Shown here: in pieces, positions 52,251-64,000 of the stretch
Position numbering within the stretch: position 1 is the first letter of the stretch
Layout of the letters: each line of letters begins with the position of its first letter
NCBI GenBank assembly: GCA_964106645.2
Contig: OZ067043.1
Reading direction: 5' to 3' (one strand)
DNA from: Podarcis pityusensis
Lineage: Eukaryota
Length of the DNA stretch: 64,000 bases
The notes under the pieces: generated by a model
The model's input: the letters and a program-made list of their open reading frames with translations, nothing else
What the model was told of the DNA's origin: nothing
The model's database searches: none
Program-made: the position numbers and the translations under genes

Positions 52251-52844
52251 GGGGTCTCATTCAGAAGGGGCTCAGTCCCTCTTTCCCTTTGAAAAGTTTG
52301 ATTGCCAGGGGCTGAAGACACCCTCTAATTGTTTTTAAAAATATTATATTATGCATTTTTAAAGGGTGGTGTGCAATTATCTTGTGCTTTCACTTTTTGG
52401 CTCTGGGTTTTGAAGTACCCTGTGCTCCTTTTAAAAAAAGACTAGGACCCACTTTCCCTCCCCCAAACCCATCCACACACACACACATCCCAAGGGAGGA
52501 TTGGATATTTCATTTGGCAGCTTTTAACTTCAGGCACTTTTTGGAGAATGTAATGTTTCAATTTTTAAAAAACATTGAGCCACTCATATGCTTTGGATGC
52601 CATCGATGTTTTTTAGCTGGTGATAGTGCTGTCAAGAATTGGGAAAGTTAATGTCCCGAGGAAGTAATGGAAGCATAAGGCAATGCAACAACTGTTTTGT
52701 GCAGGCTAATCAGCACATCTTTAAAAGCACTAGCTCCTGATTGCACCTATTATTTGCAAAGTTTTGCTGCACCAAGCTGGTGGTGTTTACTCCCTGTATA
52801 TCCAGCTTTCTGAAGACTTTGAGACATTGGTATTCGCCAGTATC

Positions 52845-53575
52845 ATGTCAGACACAACCTCCAAGGTGTCGGAAACTTCCAACCCTCGGGCTGTGGTTAC
52901 AGATCCAGCTTCTACTGCTTCTGCTGCTGAAGGCCCAGCAGATTCCTCTTTTGGTGAGCAAAACCTGAGCTTCACCACCACGGATCTCAGCCTGGTGGAA
53001 ATGACAGAAATAGAATACACACAACTTCAGCACATACTCTATTCCCATATGGAGGCGCAAGCAAATGAAAATGAAGCAGAAAATAGGCTGAATTCAAGTT
53101 CCTTCTCCACTAACAATCCTGCAAATCAATCACAATACCTGTCATCATCTAGTAACAGTCTAAGTGGCTTTTCATCAAACAGTTCTGGAAACCAGTCGCT
53201 TTATCCCATTATCTGTCAGTCTGGTTTAGCCTCTGACAGTAATTTCATGGGTCCTAATCAGTGTCTAGGGCACATTGACTTCCAGGAGCTAAGAATGATG
53301 TTGCTCAGTGAGTCTAGCATCCCTCCAAACCAAGCTGAAAAAACTCCTAATAGTAGCTCTGTGGAGATGACTGGGCAGAGTTCAGTTAAAGCCAAACATA
53401 GTGAAAACTTGGGTGGGCTAAATAAAGAAAATTTGCCTGTGGAAAATTCAGCACCAATTCTTGAATCCAGAGCCAAATCTGCAGTCCGTGTTCGATTGGA
53501 AGACAGATTCAACAGTATCCAGGCTGAACTTCCCAGATGTCAAGAAACCCAGGAAACTGGAGTAGCCATTAACAA
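52845..53575 (+). CDS. TCFL5: TCFL5 first coding exon (ATG 52845; acceptor at 52805/52806)
   Basis: LSFTTTDLSLVEMTEIEYTQLQHILYSHMEA, LGHIDFQELRMMLLSE and AVRVRLEDRFNSI are TCFL5 signature blocks; AA|gtgtgt donor. Confidence 0.92.
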
Positions 53576-56068
53576 GTGTGTTACATTTTTATTTCCTTTA
53601 ATCTCAGCTTAATCATGTATATTAACTGTGGCCTCTGTCAATCGAACATTAGAAATACTAGGGTGCATACCCAAGATGCTTTGCATTTATTAATAAGGAA
53701 TAATTCCAATCTGTAATTTCTGATTTCTATCAATTAAAATTGTGTGGATTGACCGTTTGATACATATATACAAAGGGGTGGATAGGCAAGAGTAATTGGT
53801 AGTAAGTGATTTTAGACCTGTCTCCAATATTCCTTGACTATATCATGTGTGCGTCCTAGATCTTACCTGATGTTAGAAAAACTAGCATTTAAACTGAGCC
53901 ACACTATAGCGTATATGTAAGCTTTCGGTATGTTCCTCAAGTTCTTTGGATCTACATGATTTTTTTATCTCCTGCACTTTCAGTTTTGCTGCTATATGAA
54001 GACCACTAGAGTGCAAGCTGTGGCAAAATGCCAATTACTTTTACTTTTGAGGAAGCTCTAGCTCTGGATCTCCTGTATCAAGTGGGGGATTATACCAGAG
54101 TAGGAGGGTCATGTGTACTGAGTGAAGTCTTCTGTTTGAAGGGCTTCTGGTTCAAATGTGTTTAATTATAAATAAGCATTAGAAAGGAAAGCAGAAGTCT
54201 TGAAGTTCTGCATCAGTAGCAACTGGAAACAGACTAAGCAGGCACACAAGACACCTAGTCACTGTTTTGTGAGATTTTCATATAAAGATTGCATTTGTAT
54301 TGAAATTGTGGTAATTATTTCTAAATTTGCATTTTTGCATATAAATTAAAACATGCAGCTTATGGGCAAATCTGTTCTCCTCTATTGTGGTGGTGTATTT
54401 CATCCTTTTGGCAATTCATAAGTTGCCACTCTAGACCAGGTGGTCTACAAGGCCCCCTCCAATTCTTTGATTCTGTATCAATTCTATATCAAACTGTAGA
54501 TTTTAAGATTTCAGTGTCATTACATTATCCACCTGTGGATGGATCCATCAGCATACTCGCACTCTAAAAACTGCAGTGTGCAACTTTTCCAGCAACTTGC
54601 TTCTTTTATTTATTTGTGACTGGCATCATTTGATGAACATGGTTAAAGCCAAGCCTTGGCTGGTGGATTTATACTGCACTTTTCTTTTTACAATAACCCT
54701 AAATTCTGAGTGCCCATGAAGTAAGCCCATAATGCTGAACTTATAGTTGCAATCCCACCAGCGATTGCTACCATATACCACAGCATTGCAAGTCAACCAA
54801 CCCAGACTTCCTGTCCATGTACCCAAGGGCCACTCCACACCATGTGCCAGCAAAGCTGGGTTTGCTACACAACAGGGAGCTGCAGGCAGCCCAGGTGTAT
54901 GATGTGTCCTTTCTTTACATATAATAAAAATGCAAACGTTTCATCACACTGCAGTTCATCTGGCCACAGACAGGTGGTGCTGTGAACTATAGTGCGAAAA
55001 AGGTGGTGGATGGGTGGCCCAGGCAAGCTTCAGAGGGACAGTCAGAATAGGCTGTAGCAGTTCCCCAGGAGCTTCCCTGCTCTGCTGGCTCCTCCACTTG
55101 GTAGCTGTGGGGTTCTTGCTCCCATGATCCAGAGCCCCAGGCTAGTTGGTGCCACTCCAACTTGGGGATCTTCTGCTTCTGGTATGGCTGATTAGAAGCA
55201 TGGTAAGATCTTCTAGTCTGCTGCTGTTGCCACCAATTAAAATGAAGTTGGCCTGGATAAAGCAGCAGCAGATCTTCAGCCTGACCTGCTGCTACTTCTG
55301 GCCTCCTTCCTTTGCCTGCCAGGCCAACTCATCATCCCACCTGGCTGTGCCAGCAACATGAGGCGGAAAGGGGAAGATCTTAGGAGAGCTGAGCTCTTTG
55401 CTTGAGGACGGGCACATGGTTTCCATCCAGTGGAAACCGCTTCTCCCAGCGTTGCTCCTGGAAGCTGCCCCACACAAATGCTTTCTACCTTTGACATAGG
55501 AGATGGAAGGCAGCTGTGCTTGGAGGCTATGAAAGCCCTTTGCAATCCTACCCCCTATCCCTGTTGCACCTCTAACATCATGGGAGCAGAGGAGAAGGGG
55601 AGAGGATTGCAAAGGGCTTTGCGCATCAGAGGTGCAAAGAAGTGTGTGGGTGGCTCATAAAGTCTTTTCCCATCCTCCCCTTTTCATCCTCCAAGGTTGC
55701 AGCTTGAAAGGAGGAATGCAGAGAATGAAGAATGCTGCCACCGCTGCTGTAAACAGCAAGAGAGTATCCTGCTGTTTAGAATACAGGCTACTTTCTGTCT
55801 TCGCTCAGCTCCAACTCCCATTAGCCCCAGCCAGCATGACCAGTGGTCAGGGATGATGGGATTTGTAGTCCATGTACATCAGAAAGGCTGTAGGTTCCCC
55901 ATGCCTGAATCATTAGTTTATATGTTAAAATATATGTTTGAGATGGGTTATATTAGAATTCTGAACCTATACTGGGTTGTCTACTGATGTGGAAGATTAT
56001 GCAGCAAAATGGCTATTCTAATCCAATCATTTCAAATAAGTGCCTTTGTTTATTCACTCCTTTTATAG

Positions 56069-56261
56069 TTTAGTAACTCTAATTCGCCATCCTTCAGAAG
56101 TGATGGGTGTTCCTCTCCACCAGCAACAGAATAAATCTACCACATTAGTGAAAAATAAGACTGCTGCTACTACCACTACTGCATTGCAGTTTACATGCCC
56201 ACTGTTTAATCCGAATGTTGCTTCTCCTGTAACTGGAAATGCAAACCCTTCACAAACACAG
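56069..56261 (+). CDS. TCFL5: TCFL5 coding exon 2
   Basis: LVTLIRHPSEVMGVPLHQQQNKSTTLVKNKTAATTTTALQFTCPLF...SQTQ. Confidence 0.94.
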
Positions 56262-57487
56262 GTTGGTATTTTTGAATTATTATTTAAATTGCAGCTGTTT
56301 GGTTTCAATGCTTTATTTTAGTCATAGTAAAACTTCTGAAGAGAATGCAGTAAACAGGAGAATTGTCAATCTGAGTTTTGAACTGTAAAGTTATCTGACA
56401 CTTGTTTCATGTTATTTGGTGAAATAAATTAATTAGCATTGGCCAGGATATGAAGAACCATTAGTCCAAGTAGACTTTAGACTTGTTTTTCTTGAGCAGA
56501 AAAAAATGGCTTCTTATCTGTTCTTGAATTCATTTCAACGTCTCTGTCTTCATTCTTTAGCTTCTACTGTAAAGTTCTTTCAATTCCTTCTTATAATCGT
56601 GACACTTATCTTGAGTTGTAATCTTATTTTTTTATAACTCCCATTGCTCTTTTTCACTTTGATTTGTCAGTATTTGGAACAACCCTCTCTTCCCAAAATT
56701 GGAAATTTGCATCTTACATAAACCTTTCGAGACTGAAAGCTATTCAGATGAACTATTTCTTTGCCGGTCTTTTAAAACCCATACCTTACTATAATACTTT
56801 GTGAAGTTGGCAGTGGTAATAGCCTAAGAATCATAAATGGTATTTATATTAGGATGAGAGACAAAGCTAAAGTCTACATGCCAGGTTGTATTAGCAATGA
56901 GATACAAATTGTAAAGCACTTTATTCATTGAACAGGGCTTTATAAATTTCAAAAATTATTGCAATGCCTAGCCTAGAGCTAATATAAGAAAAATATGAGC
57001 ATCATCCAATATCTAGAGCTACATTATAACTATAAGGAATGTGATCCAGGGTCTGATCAGCACAAGGTTTACTTCTAGTGCAATGGAATTTCTGCCCTCA
57101 CCCTATGAACCCCTAAATCTGTTTTAGGGGTTCCCACAACCTTCCAGAGCAGTTTTAGAGAAGGCATGGGGTGTGCTTGGGAGAGGAGAGGGAAGATTGT
57201 CACCTTGCACAGAGAGGACAAAGTAGTAGAATTCTGCCCCCAGTAAATGAGAGGGCCAATTGTAGTTAAAATTAACAACTTCATGACTAAAAGGGCAGTC
57301 CTAACCATGCCTACTCAGAAGTAAGATCTATTTAATTCAGTGGTGCTTACTCCCAGGTAAGTGGGTTAGAATTTCATTAAAATTAACCATTTCATTACAA
57401 TTAACCATTCCATGACTAGCAGCAAATCCAAACTCAAGATTGGAATAGGCAGTTCTTGGGCTGCACTAGATGAGACTTTTCTGAGTA

Positions 57488-57716
57488 CAGTGGTACCTCA
57501 GGTTACAGACGCTTCAGGTTACAGACTCCGCTAACCCAGAAATAGTACCTCGGGTTAAGAACTTTGCTTCAGGATGAGAACAGAAATCGTGCAGCGGCGG
57601 CGCGGCAGCAGCAGCAGGAGGCCTCATTAGCTAAAGTGGTGCTTCAGGTTAAGAACAGTTTCAGGTTAAGAATGGACCTCCAGAACGAATTAAGTTCTTA
57701 ACCCGAGGTACCACTG
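57488..57716. mobile_element. Tigger-like MITE
   Basis: TA TSD, CAGTGGTACCTC TIRs; near reverse complement of the 21285 copy. Confidence 0.9.
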
Positions 57717-57874
57717 TATGTGGAGTCATTGGATGGTGGAAGGAGAAGCTTAGCAGGAGCAGCACCAATGCAACTTTAGGACTACAATGCCTGTATTGTT
57801 CAATAAAAGGGGAGGATGGCCAACATGATTTACAGTTGGCTTCATTTCATACTGATACATACATTTTCTTTTAG

Positions 57875-58031
57875 AGCTCAGGAGCCTCTGTTCTGGAAAC
57901 AGCCAAACATCAAGATCTTGGGTTACCTCGAGCTTTTTCTATTTGTTACCAGCAGGAAATTGAGGCTACAAAACAGACTGTTGGGCCTAGAAATAAGGCA
58001 CTGCCTGAACATGTTTGGATTAAATTAGGAG
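57875..58031 (+). CDS. TCFL5: TCFL5 coding exon 3
   Basis: SSGASVLETAKHQDLGLPRAFSICYQQEIEATKQTVGPRNKALPEHVWIKLG; ttttag|/|gtaaat. Confidence 0.93.
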
Positions 58032-58976
58032 GTAAATTGCTGAATTTTGACTGTTTGTTGTCAAGTAATTCATTCTGATTTGTTGTTCAAGTAATTCATT
58101 CTGATTTCTTAAGTTAGCTTTTTTTCAGAGAAGAGTAATCAAAGTATCATGCTTCTGTTTGATAATATGCTTAATAAAAATGCATTCGCCAAGCATTTAA
58201 GGCTGCTTAGCTGTCTTGGAAGCTAGGAGGAAGCCCATGTGACAATTATCTTTTGCATGGGGTGGTTTTGAGGTTGGGTGAAATGGGGTTTTTAGTGCTA
58301 TGCGTGCCCTTGGATGAAGTAACAGAACTGGAGGAAGTAACACAGAGCTCCAGAGAGAAACTGGCAAACAAATCCTTGGCCAGCCTTTTGCTGCCTTTTC
58401 TGAGATCCAGCTGTGATGGGTGCTCCAGGTTCTAGACCTTTGAGACTCTGAAGCAGAGAGCCTGGGGCCAACCTATGTATGTACCTTCTCATGGCACATT
58501 ACATAGAAACGTTTCCACTGCCATGTTAAGCAAGTATAGCCATTAACTAAGGTCTTAGTTTACTAATCATAGGGATTAATTTAAACAGTAGGGTAAATTT
58601 TAATTAGCAGGAGTGCTAAGAGATAAAATGCCCACTTGTTTATCTTTAAGGTTACTTTGGTTCTGGTGCGGTAGTAAAATAGGGAACAACAACGACAGGC
58701 AGCGTTTATTTAATTGTGCGAGGTCTCTCATATTTCCTTCAATAGCTGTACTGATGTCTTTGCTAAGCTGCATTATTATTTAAGGGTTATTTACATGTAA
58801 AAAACAACTGATTACTGATCCACAACAATTATTTTAGTGGTGGACAGCCTTAGAAGCAGTAAACCAAAGGTGAGCTTGATACAAGGTGAAATTTCAGTTC
58901 AACCATACAATTTACTTATGGCAAAAAAAGAAAAGAAAAATGGCAACACATTTCTTTTTCCTCTTATTTTGCAAAG

Positions 58977-59214
58977 GAGATGCTATATGTAAGCAAACAA
59001 TAAACAAAAGAAGTCGTAGTCGAATACATCCCTTGGACACCAATGTGCAGCGCAAACCTCTTGGTGATATTCAGAATGTGTGTGATACCCAAAACGCTGG
59101 CCCAGCTCATAGCACTTGGCAAGCAACACAACCAACACAGAGCACACAAAGTGGAACTCAAGGTGGTGTGTCTCAGCGTCGGGAGAGACATAACCGGATG
59201 GAAAGAGACAGAAG
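58977..59214 (+). CDS. TCFL5: TCFL5 coding exon 4 (basic region of bHLH)
   Basis: DAICKQTINKRSRSR...SQRRERHNRMERDRR; AAG acceptor, AG|gtaatt donor. Confidence 0.92.
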
Positions 59215-59360
59215 GTAATTGCTAGTGGTGGCCTCTCAAAAGAACACCTTTTGTGTTTGGTTCTTAAGTTATCAGGTCTATACAAATGAATTTGTTTCAG
59301 CATTAATTTGGTGTTGATTTACATGCCACAATGTCATATATCTGGATATTTATGACATTG

Positions 59361-59636
59361 ATGGTGAGCTCCCATTGCTCAGTCCCTGCTCCTGCCAACC
59401 TAGCAGTTCGAAAGCATGTCAAAGTGCAAGTAGATAAATAGGTACCGCTCAGGCGGGAAGGAAACGGCGTTTCCGTGTGCTGCTCTGGTTCGCCAGAAGC
59501 GGCTTTGTCATGCTGGCCACATGACCCGGAAGCTGTACGCTGGCTCCCTTGGCCAATAAAGCGAGATGAGCGCCGCAACCCCAGAGTTGGCCACGACTGG
59601 ACCTAATGGTCAGGGGTCCCTTGACCTTTACCTTTA
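59361..59636 (+). mobile_element. Sauria SINE (5'-truncated)
   Basis: cctgccaacctagcagttcgaaagca...agtagataaataggtacc...ggccacatgacccggaag...(ACCTTT)n tail. Confidence 0.88.
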
Positions 59637-60207
59637 TACTGCCTTTCTGCCAGTGTACAATAGAACATATATTAAATAGTGGCTCATACTCCAGATACTG
59701 TAAAAACGGAGTGGGTGGAGTATGGAAAGGGAGGAGGAAAGTAACTAAATTAAGATATTAGCTGTTATTTCCACTGTCTGAGGCTTCCACTGCCTCTGAA
59801 TACCAGTTGCTGGAAACTGAAGGAAAGGTGTTGCTGTTGCACTCAGTTCCTGCTTACGGGTTTCTCTCAGGCATCTGGTTGGCCACAGAAAGAACAGATG
59901 CTGGACTAGATAGGCCTGATCTAGGAGGCTTTATGTTATTTATGTTCTTATGTGGATTCAATCACAGTCAACTGTATAAATATTTGCAAAATTTTAATAC
60001 AAACCTTACAGGCTCGCATCCTATAACCAGAAAACTTAGGATTGATTATAAGGATCCTCATGATTTTAAGGATCCTCATGTGCGACTGATGCTTTGCCAC
60101 TATCTTCATCAAATAATTGGTTTCTAAGTTGCTGCACCTAATTAATAAATGTTTCATGTTACCGTTTCAAGCACTACTAGAACTCTCCATGTTGTATGCA
60201 ATTCTAG

Positions 60208-60349
60208 GCGCAGAATCAGGATTTGTTGCGATGAACTTAATCTTCTGGTTCCATTTTGCACTTCGGATACTGACAAGGCAACAACTTTACAATGGACAAC
60301 AGCATTTCTAAAATATATTCAGGAACGACATGGGGATTCTCTAAAAAAG
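60208..60349 (+). CDS. TCFL5: TCFL5 coding exon 5 (HLH)
   Basis: RRIRICCDELNLLVPFCTSDTDKATTLQWTTAFLKYIQERHGDSLKK. Confidence 0.96.
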
Positions 60350-60988
60350 GTCAGTAAGTTTCGCATAAATGCGCAGAACAAAATGCATTAAAGCAATAAC
60401 AAAATGCCACGCGGAATCATGATAGGTACTTTGCTTGACCATTTACTTCAGTGGATACAGGAACACACATCTTCAGTGGCCCATGATCTTAAGCAGGCTT
60501 CAGCCTCAGCCTCAGCCTTTAACTACCCCGTTCATTTGAAAAATGAGGATGAAAATAATCCTGTCATACATCACAAGATTGTTGTATGGAAATCTAAACC
60601 TTATATATCTATTATTAAATATTATTTGAACATGCTCTCAACGTTTTGGAAGTACTATATTGCAAGCAATACCCACCTAGTATTTTCACTTCAGTTGTCT
60701 CCCCCCAGGTTAAATAGCTCCATCTGGACCCCGGATATTGTGCTGACAATAATGGAAGGGCAGCTTTTTATTTCTGGAGCTGCTCCACTCTGAAATAAAA
60801 TAAATGGCAGCTCCTGTGCTGCAACTCTGCGTGTTTTGTTTTTTAAATACCTTCAAAAGTTTGCTAGGATAAGCTAAAAGTTGCTTAGTAACTTCTCTCC
60901 TTTAGGGATAGCTGTGTGCGCACACTTTTCCCAAGGTTTGCTCTTTCACAAGTCCATATCGTAATTATTCTCTGTGTTTGCTTTTTAG

Positions 60989-61111
60989 GAATTTGAGACC
61001 GTGTTCTGTGGTAAAACAGGCAGACGACTAAAGTTAACAAGATCCGATTCACTAGCAACGTGCTCGACACAGGAGATTACTCAGAATGGCACACCTATGG
61101 AGATAAAATAG
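60989..61111 (+). CDS. TCFL5: TCFL5 last coding exon
   Basis: EFETVFCGKTGRRLKLTRSDSLATCSTQEITQNGTPMEIK*; ends in MEIK like mammalian TCFL5. Confidence 0.95.
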   Translation, partial: EFETVFCGKTGRRLKLTRSDSLATCSTQEITQNGTPMEIK

Positions 61112-63177
61112 TTGGCTCTCTATAGTCAAAAACTGGTGTAAAGGGTGAACATGCAAGGATTTGTATGAACTTCTAATTCAAATTCACCTGCTGAACTTCT
61201 CTTGTGACTTACTGTACTTTGAAAAATATATAAGCGTTAAAGAAATGACACACTTTATTCCAAACAAAGAAGAAAAGCAAGACACCAACAACATTTATTT
61301 ATTAGTGCTGCCCTAAGAAAAGTGTTGCACCGGAGGGAAGTAGAAAACAGCAGTACAAGCTAGTAACCCATTTTCTATATTTTTGTTTGTTTGTTTGCCA
61401 AGTATAATATAATTCAGATGTGTCAAACAGCAGCTTGTTCTTTTCAACCTTGTACACACTTGTACTGATATAGATAATTATTAGAATGTCATAAGAATCA
61501 GTTTGGAAGAAGAAGAAATGTAAATAGTTTATAAATTATATAAAATATAGTAACTTGTATATAGTAACAGAGATTTGCCTTCCATTTCAAAATGTTCATA
61601 CCTGTGAAACTAAAATATATAGAAAAAGCTTTTTGACAGTGTGTTATAAATACACTACTATTTAAAATATGTTTTGCATTCTCCAACAATTTTTAGTGCA
61701 GGATACAGTCAAGGAATTATCTGCTGCACAAATACCCACTGAAATGAACAGGAGAAATACAGCTGTGTGCTCTGGTGCAAATCTGATTTATTTCAATTGG
61801 GCTTCCATATGGAAAAAAAATCCAGATAATTGCATGATTTCAGTGCAAAAGTGGTATTTTGTAAACAGTACATGATTTTTAAGTGCACATAATATTTTCT
61901 TTTTTTAAAAAGACTAGTATTAGCAGTATGTGTTAGGAAAGCTGAAGCATTTGAGAAATAGTATATTTATTGAATTGAAAGTGGCTTCATTTATCTATCA
62001 AACAGATGATGCCAGTAAGTATTTCTTATACAGAACTCATCCCAAAATAAATACTGTTTAAATCACGGATATTCACATTTGTGTAGCACCTTTATTTCCA
62101 ATCAGCAAGGGGAAAAATAAAAGTATTAACAAAACAAGCCTATTATAAAACAGGCAAACACAATGTTACAAAAAAAGTGATTTTTTTTTTCTTAAAAAAA
62201 AATTACAATAATGCATATACTAATTTTGGGCAGTGTTCATCTGTAATGTAAAATGTCATTACTAAATATAATATGGAAATGTCTGAAATTAACCCAATGT
62301 AAGAGAGATATACATTCTACCTCATATAGAATTTATTGGAAAAAAATTGTGGTACATATCTAAGAGATAAGGCCATTTGGCAAGCTCTGTGTACCGCAAT
62401 GCATTTGTGGTTCCCGTTTTGCAGAGACTGTTCCCTTTGCTCCTGGGACAAACCACCCTTGAAAACTGGGAGGATCTTCAGAAGAGACTTCTGACACAGT
62501 ATAGAGATCCGCCTTAGGAAAACTCTGGTGTGCGCATATAGAGGGGCTCTTTGGATTGTGTTCATCGTATGACCAATCAGGGTGGTCAATAGTTTATCTG
62601 AATAATGTTTATTTAGCCCACTACTTCTACATTTACTTGACACAGTCCAATGAAGCATGCCAACTTAGCTGGATGGAGTTGTTCCTGGTCAAGTGATGAG
62701 GCTGTGTGTGCATAGCCCTGGCTAGATAATTGTGCCTCTCGTTTATCTGACCAGGATTATCCCTCTGCAGCCCTGGCCTCAGCGCTCACGCATAATAAGG
62801 TTGGAGCAGAGTTTACCATTAACATAAACTGGCGCAGGTTCGAGCCATCCTAAAAATTGCATAAAACACAGTCCAGTTGATTTGTGGTGGTGCTGGGGAA
62901 AACACCTCTTACATCAGAATAAGTGGGGAAGTCTCTCTTCAGTGGGGCAAGGAGCAAACAACAATGTAGTGAAAATTGGGGAACAATTGTAGGGGATATA
63001 GTACAAATTTCCATCTGACGATTTCCTGTTTCATTGAACTAAAACAAAGTCTCCATTTCATTCATTCTTACAGGAGAACTGCCCCTCCAAATTTTTCAAA
63101 GGGTGGTTTCCTCTTCACGTATGAACAATTTGCTTAAATACTCCGTACACTTTTTCTGACTTCCATTAAATGCAGTT

Positions 63178-63353
63178 TTATGACTTTTTGGATTTTCCTC
63201 CAGCGACAGCTCCCATGCAGGCAGATGTATCACAGATTCCTGGAGTTCCCTGGACTCCAATTGCACCTGGTCTTCCAGGATCCCCTGGCAACCCTGGTTC
63301 ACCAGGAGAGCCATCCCGCCCATCTTTACTAGTCCCAGGGACACCCGGCGGAC
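63178..63353 (-). CDS. COL9A3: COL9A3 last coding exon (end of COL1 triple helix plus NC1)
   Basis: Minus strand GPPGVPGTSKDGRDGSPGEPGLPGDPGRPGAIGVQGTPGICDTSACMGAVAGGKSKKS*; FACIT CxxxxC motif; acceptor ...ctgaaaag|; synteny with TCFL5. Confidence 0.93.
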
Positions 63354-63746
63354 CTTTTCAGGGGGAAAGAGATAAAGGTTCGGCATGATATTCTGCACTT
63401 TCTCCTGGATAAAATTATTGGTTGCAAAAAATAGTGCTTGCTTAGATGGGTAACTTCCCGAAAACCACATGTACGCCACCCTGAGTTCCATGACAGAAGA
63501 TAGATTTATTATAAAATAAATAGAAACCTTCCTACATTGCAGTCCATGTGAAAACACCCCCCCAAAAGCTGCTGTTTGCATCAGGAGGGAAGCTCTCATT
63601 GGCATCAATGGGCAGTCCCCGCCTCCCATTGCAAATAGCAGCAGAAGGTGGGAAACAGTTTTTAAAAAGAACCATCCCTATATACAACAATGTTGAGCAG
63701 AGTCATCGGCCCGTGGCAGCTGTTTTTAGTGTTTTAAAAAGATATA

Positions 63747-64000
63747 TAAAGGTAAAGGTACCCCTGCCCGTACGGGCCAGTTGTGTCCGACTCTAGGGTT
63801 GCGCGCTCATCTCGCTTAAGAGGCCGGGAGCCAGCGCTGTCCGAAGACACTTCCGGGTCACGTGGCCAGCGTGACGAAGCTGCATCTGGCGAGCCAGCAC
63901 CAGCGCAGCACACGGAAACGCCGTTTACCTTCCCGCTATAAAGTGGTCACTATTTATCTACTTGCACTTAAAGGTGCTTTCGAACTGCTAGGTGGGCAGG
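63747..64000 (-). mobile_element. Sauria SINE (runs off the window end)
   Basis: taaaggtaaaggtacccctg...tatttatctacttgcac...gctttcgaactgctagg is the reverse complement of the Sauria SINE body. Confidence 0.88.

Noticed and set aside
51112-52321. ORFs up to 193 aa in the CpG island
   Set aside because: Stop-codon depletion in GC-rich DNA; no recognisable homology
58055-58110. Short tandem duplications (here ~26 bp; also ~36401 and ~60045)
   Set aside because: Ordinary slippage duplications in introns with no sign of function
63170-63388. Plus-strand ORF with PG repeats that looks collagen-like
   Set aside because: It is the antisense mirror of the COL9A3 Gly-X-Y codons on the minus strand

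Overview
Vertebrate genomic DNA from a squamate reptile; Sauria SINEs and the repeat landscape suggest a lacertid-type lizard (inference). It holds three genes in the same order and orientation as human 20q13.33. (1) DIDO1 on +: 13 coding exons from the PHD finger (1352) through TFIIS-M and SPOC to the large terminal exon (stop 43692); the 5' part lies upstream of the window. (2) A complete TCFL5 CDS on +: CpG-island promoter at ~51100-52250 and 6 coding exons, 52845-61111. (3) The last exon of COL9A3 on -, convergent with TCFL5. Introns and the intergenic DNA are rich in Tigger/pogo-like and hAT MITEs, CR1/L2 fragments and SINEs. I see no clear wholly novel gene system. The most unusual items are a 2.15-kb internally deleted L1-like retroelement nested in a MITE, whose 5' end mimics its target; an inverted Penelope relic with a split hammerhead-ribozyme core; a dense MEIS/PBX-HOX/GATA/NKX motif cluster; candidate short-isoform or poison exons in DIDO1; and a perfect 19-bp hairpin. 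Exon boundaries were read by eye from GT/AG sites with phase checks, and homology calls come from recalled sequences, not database searches.
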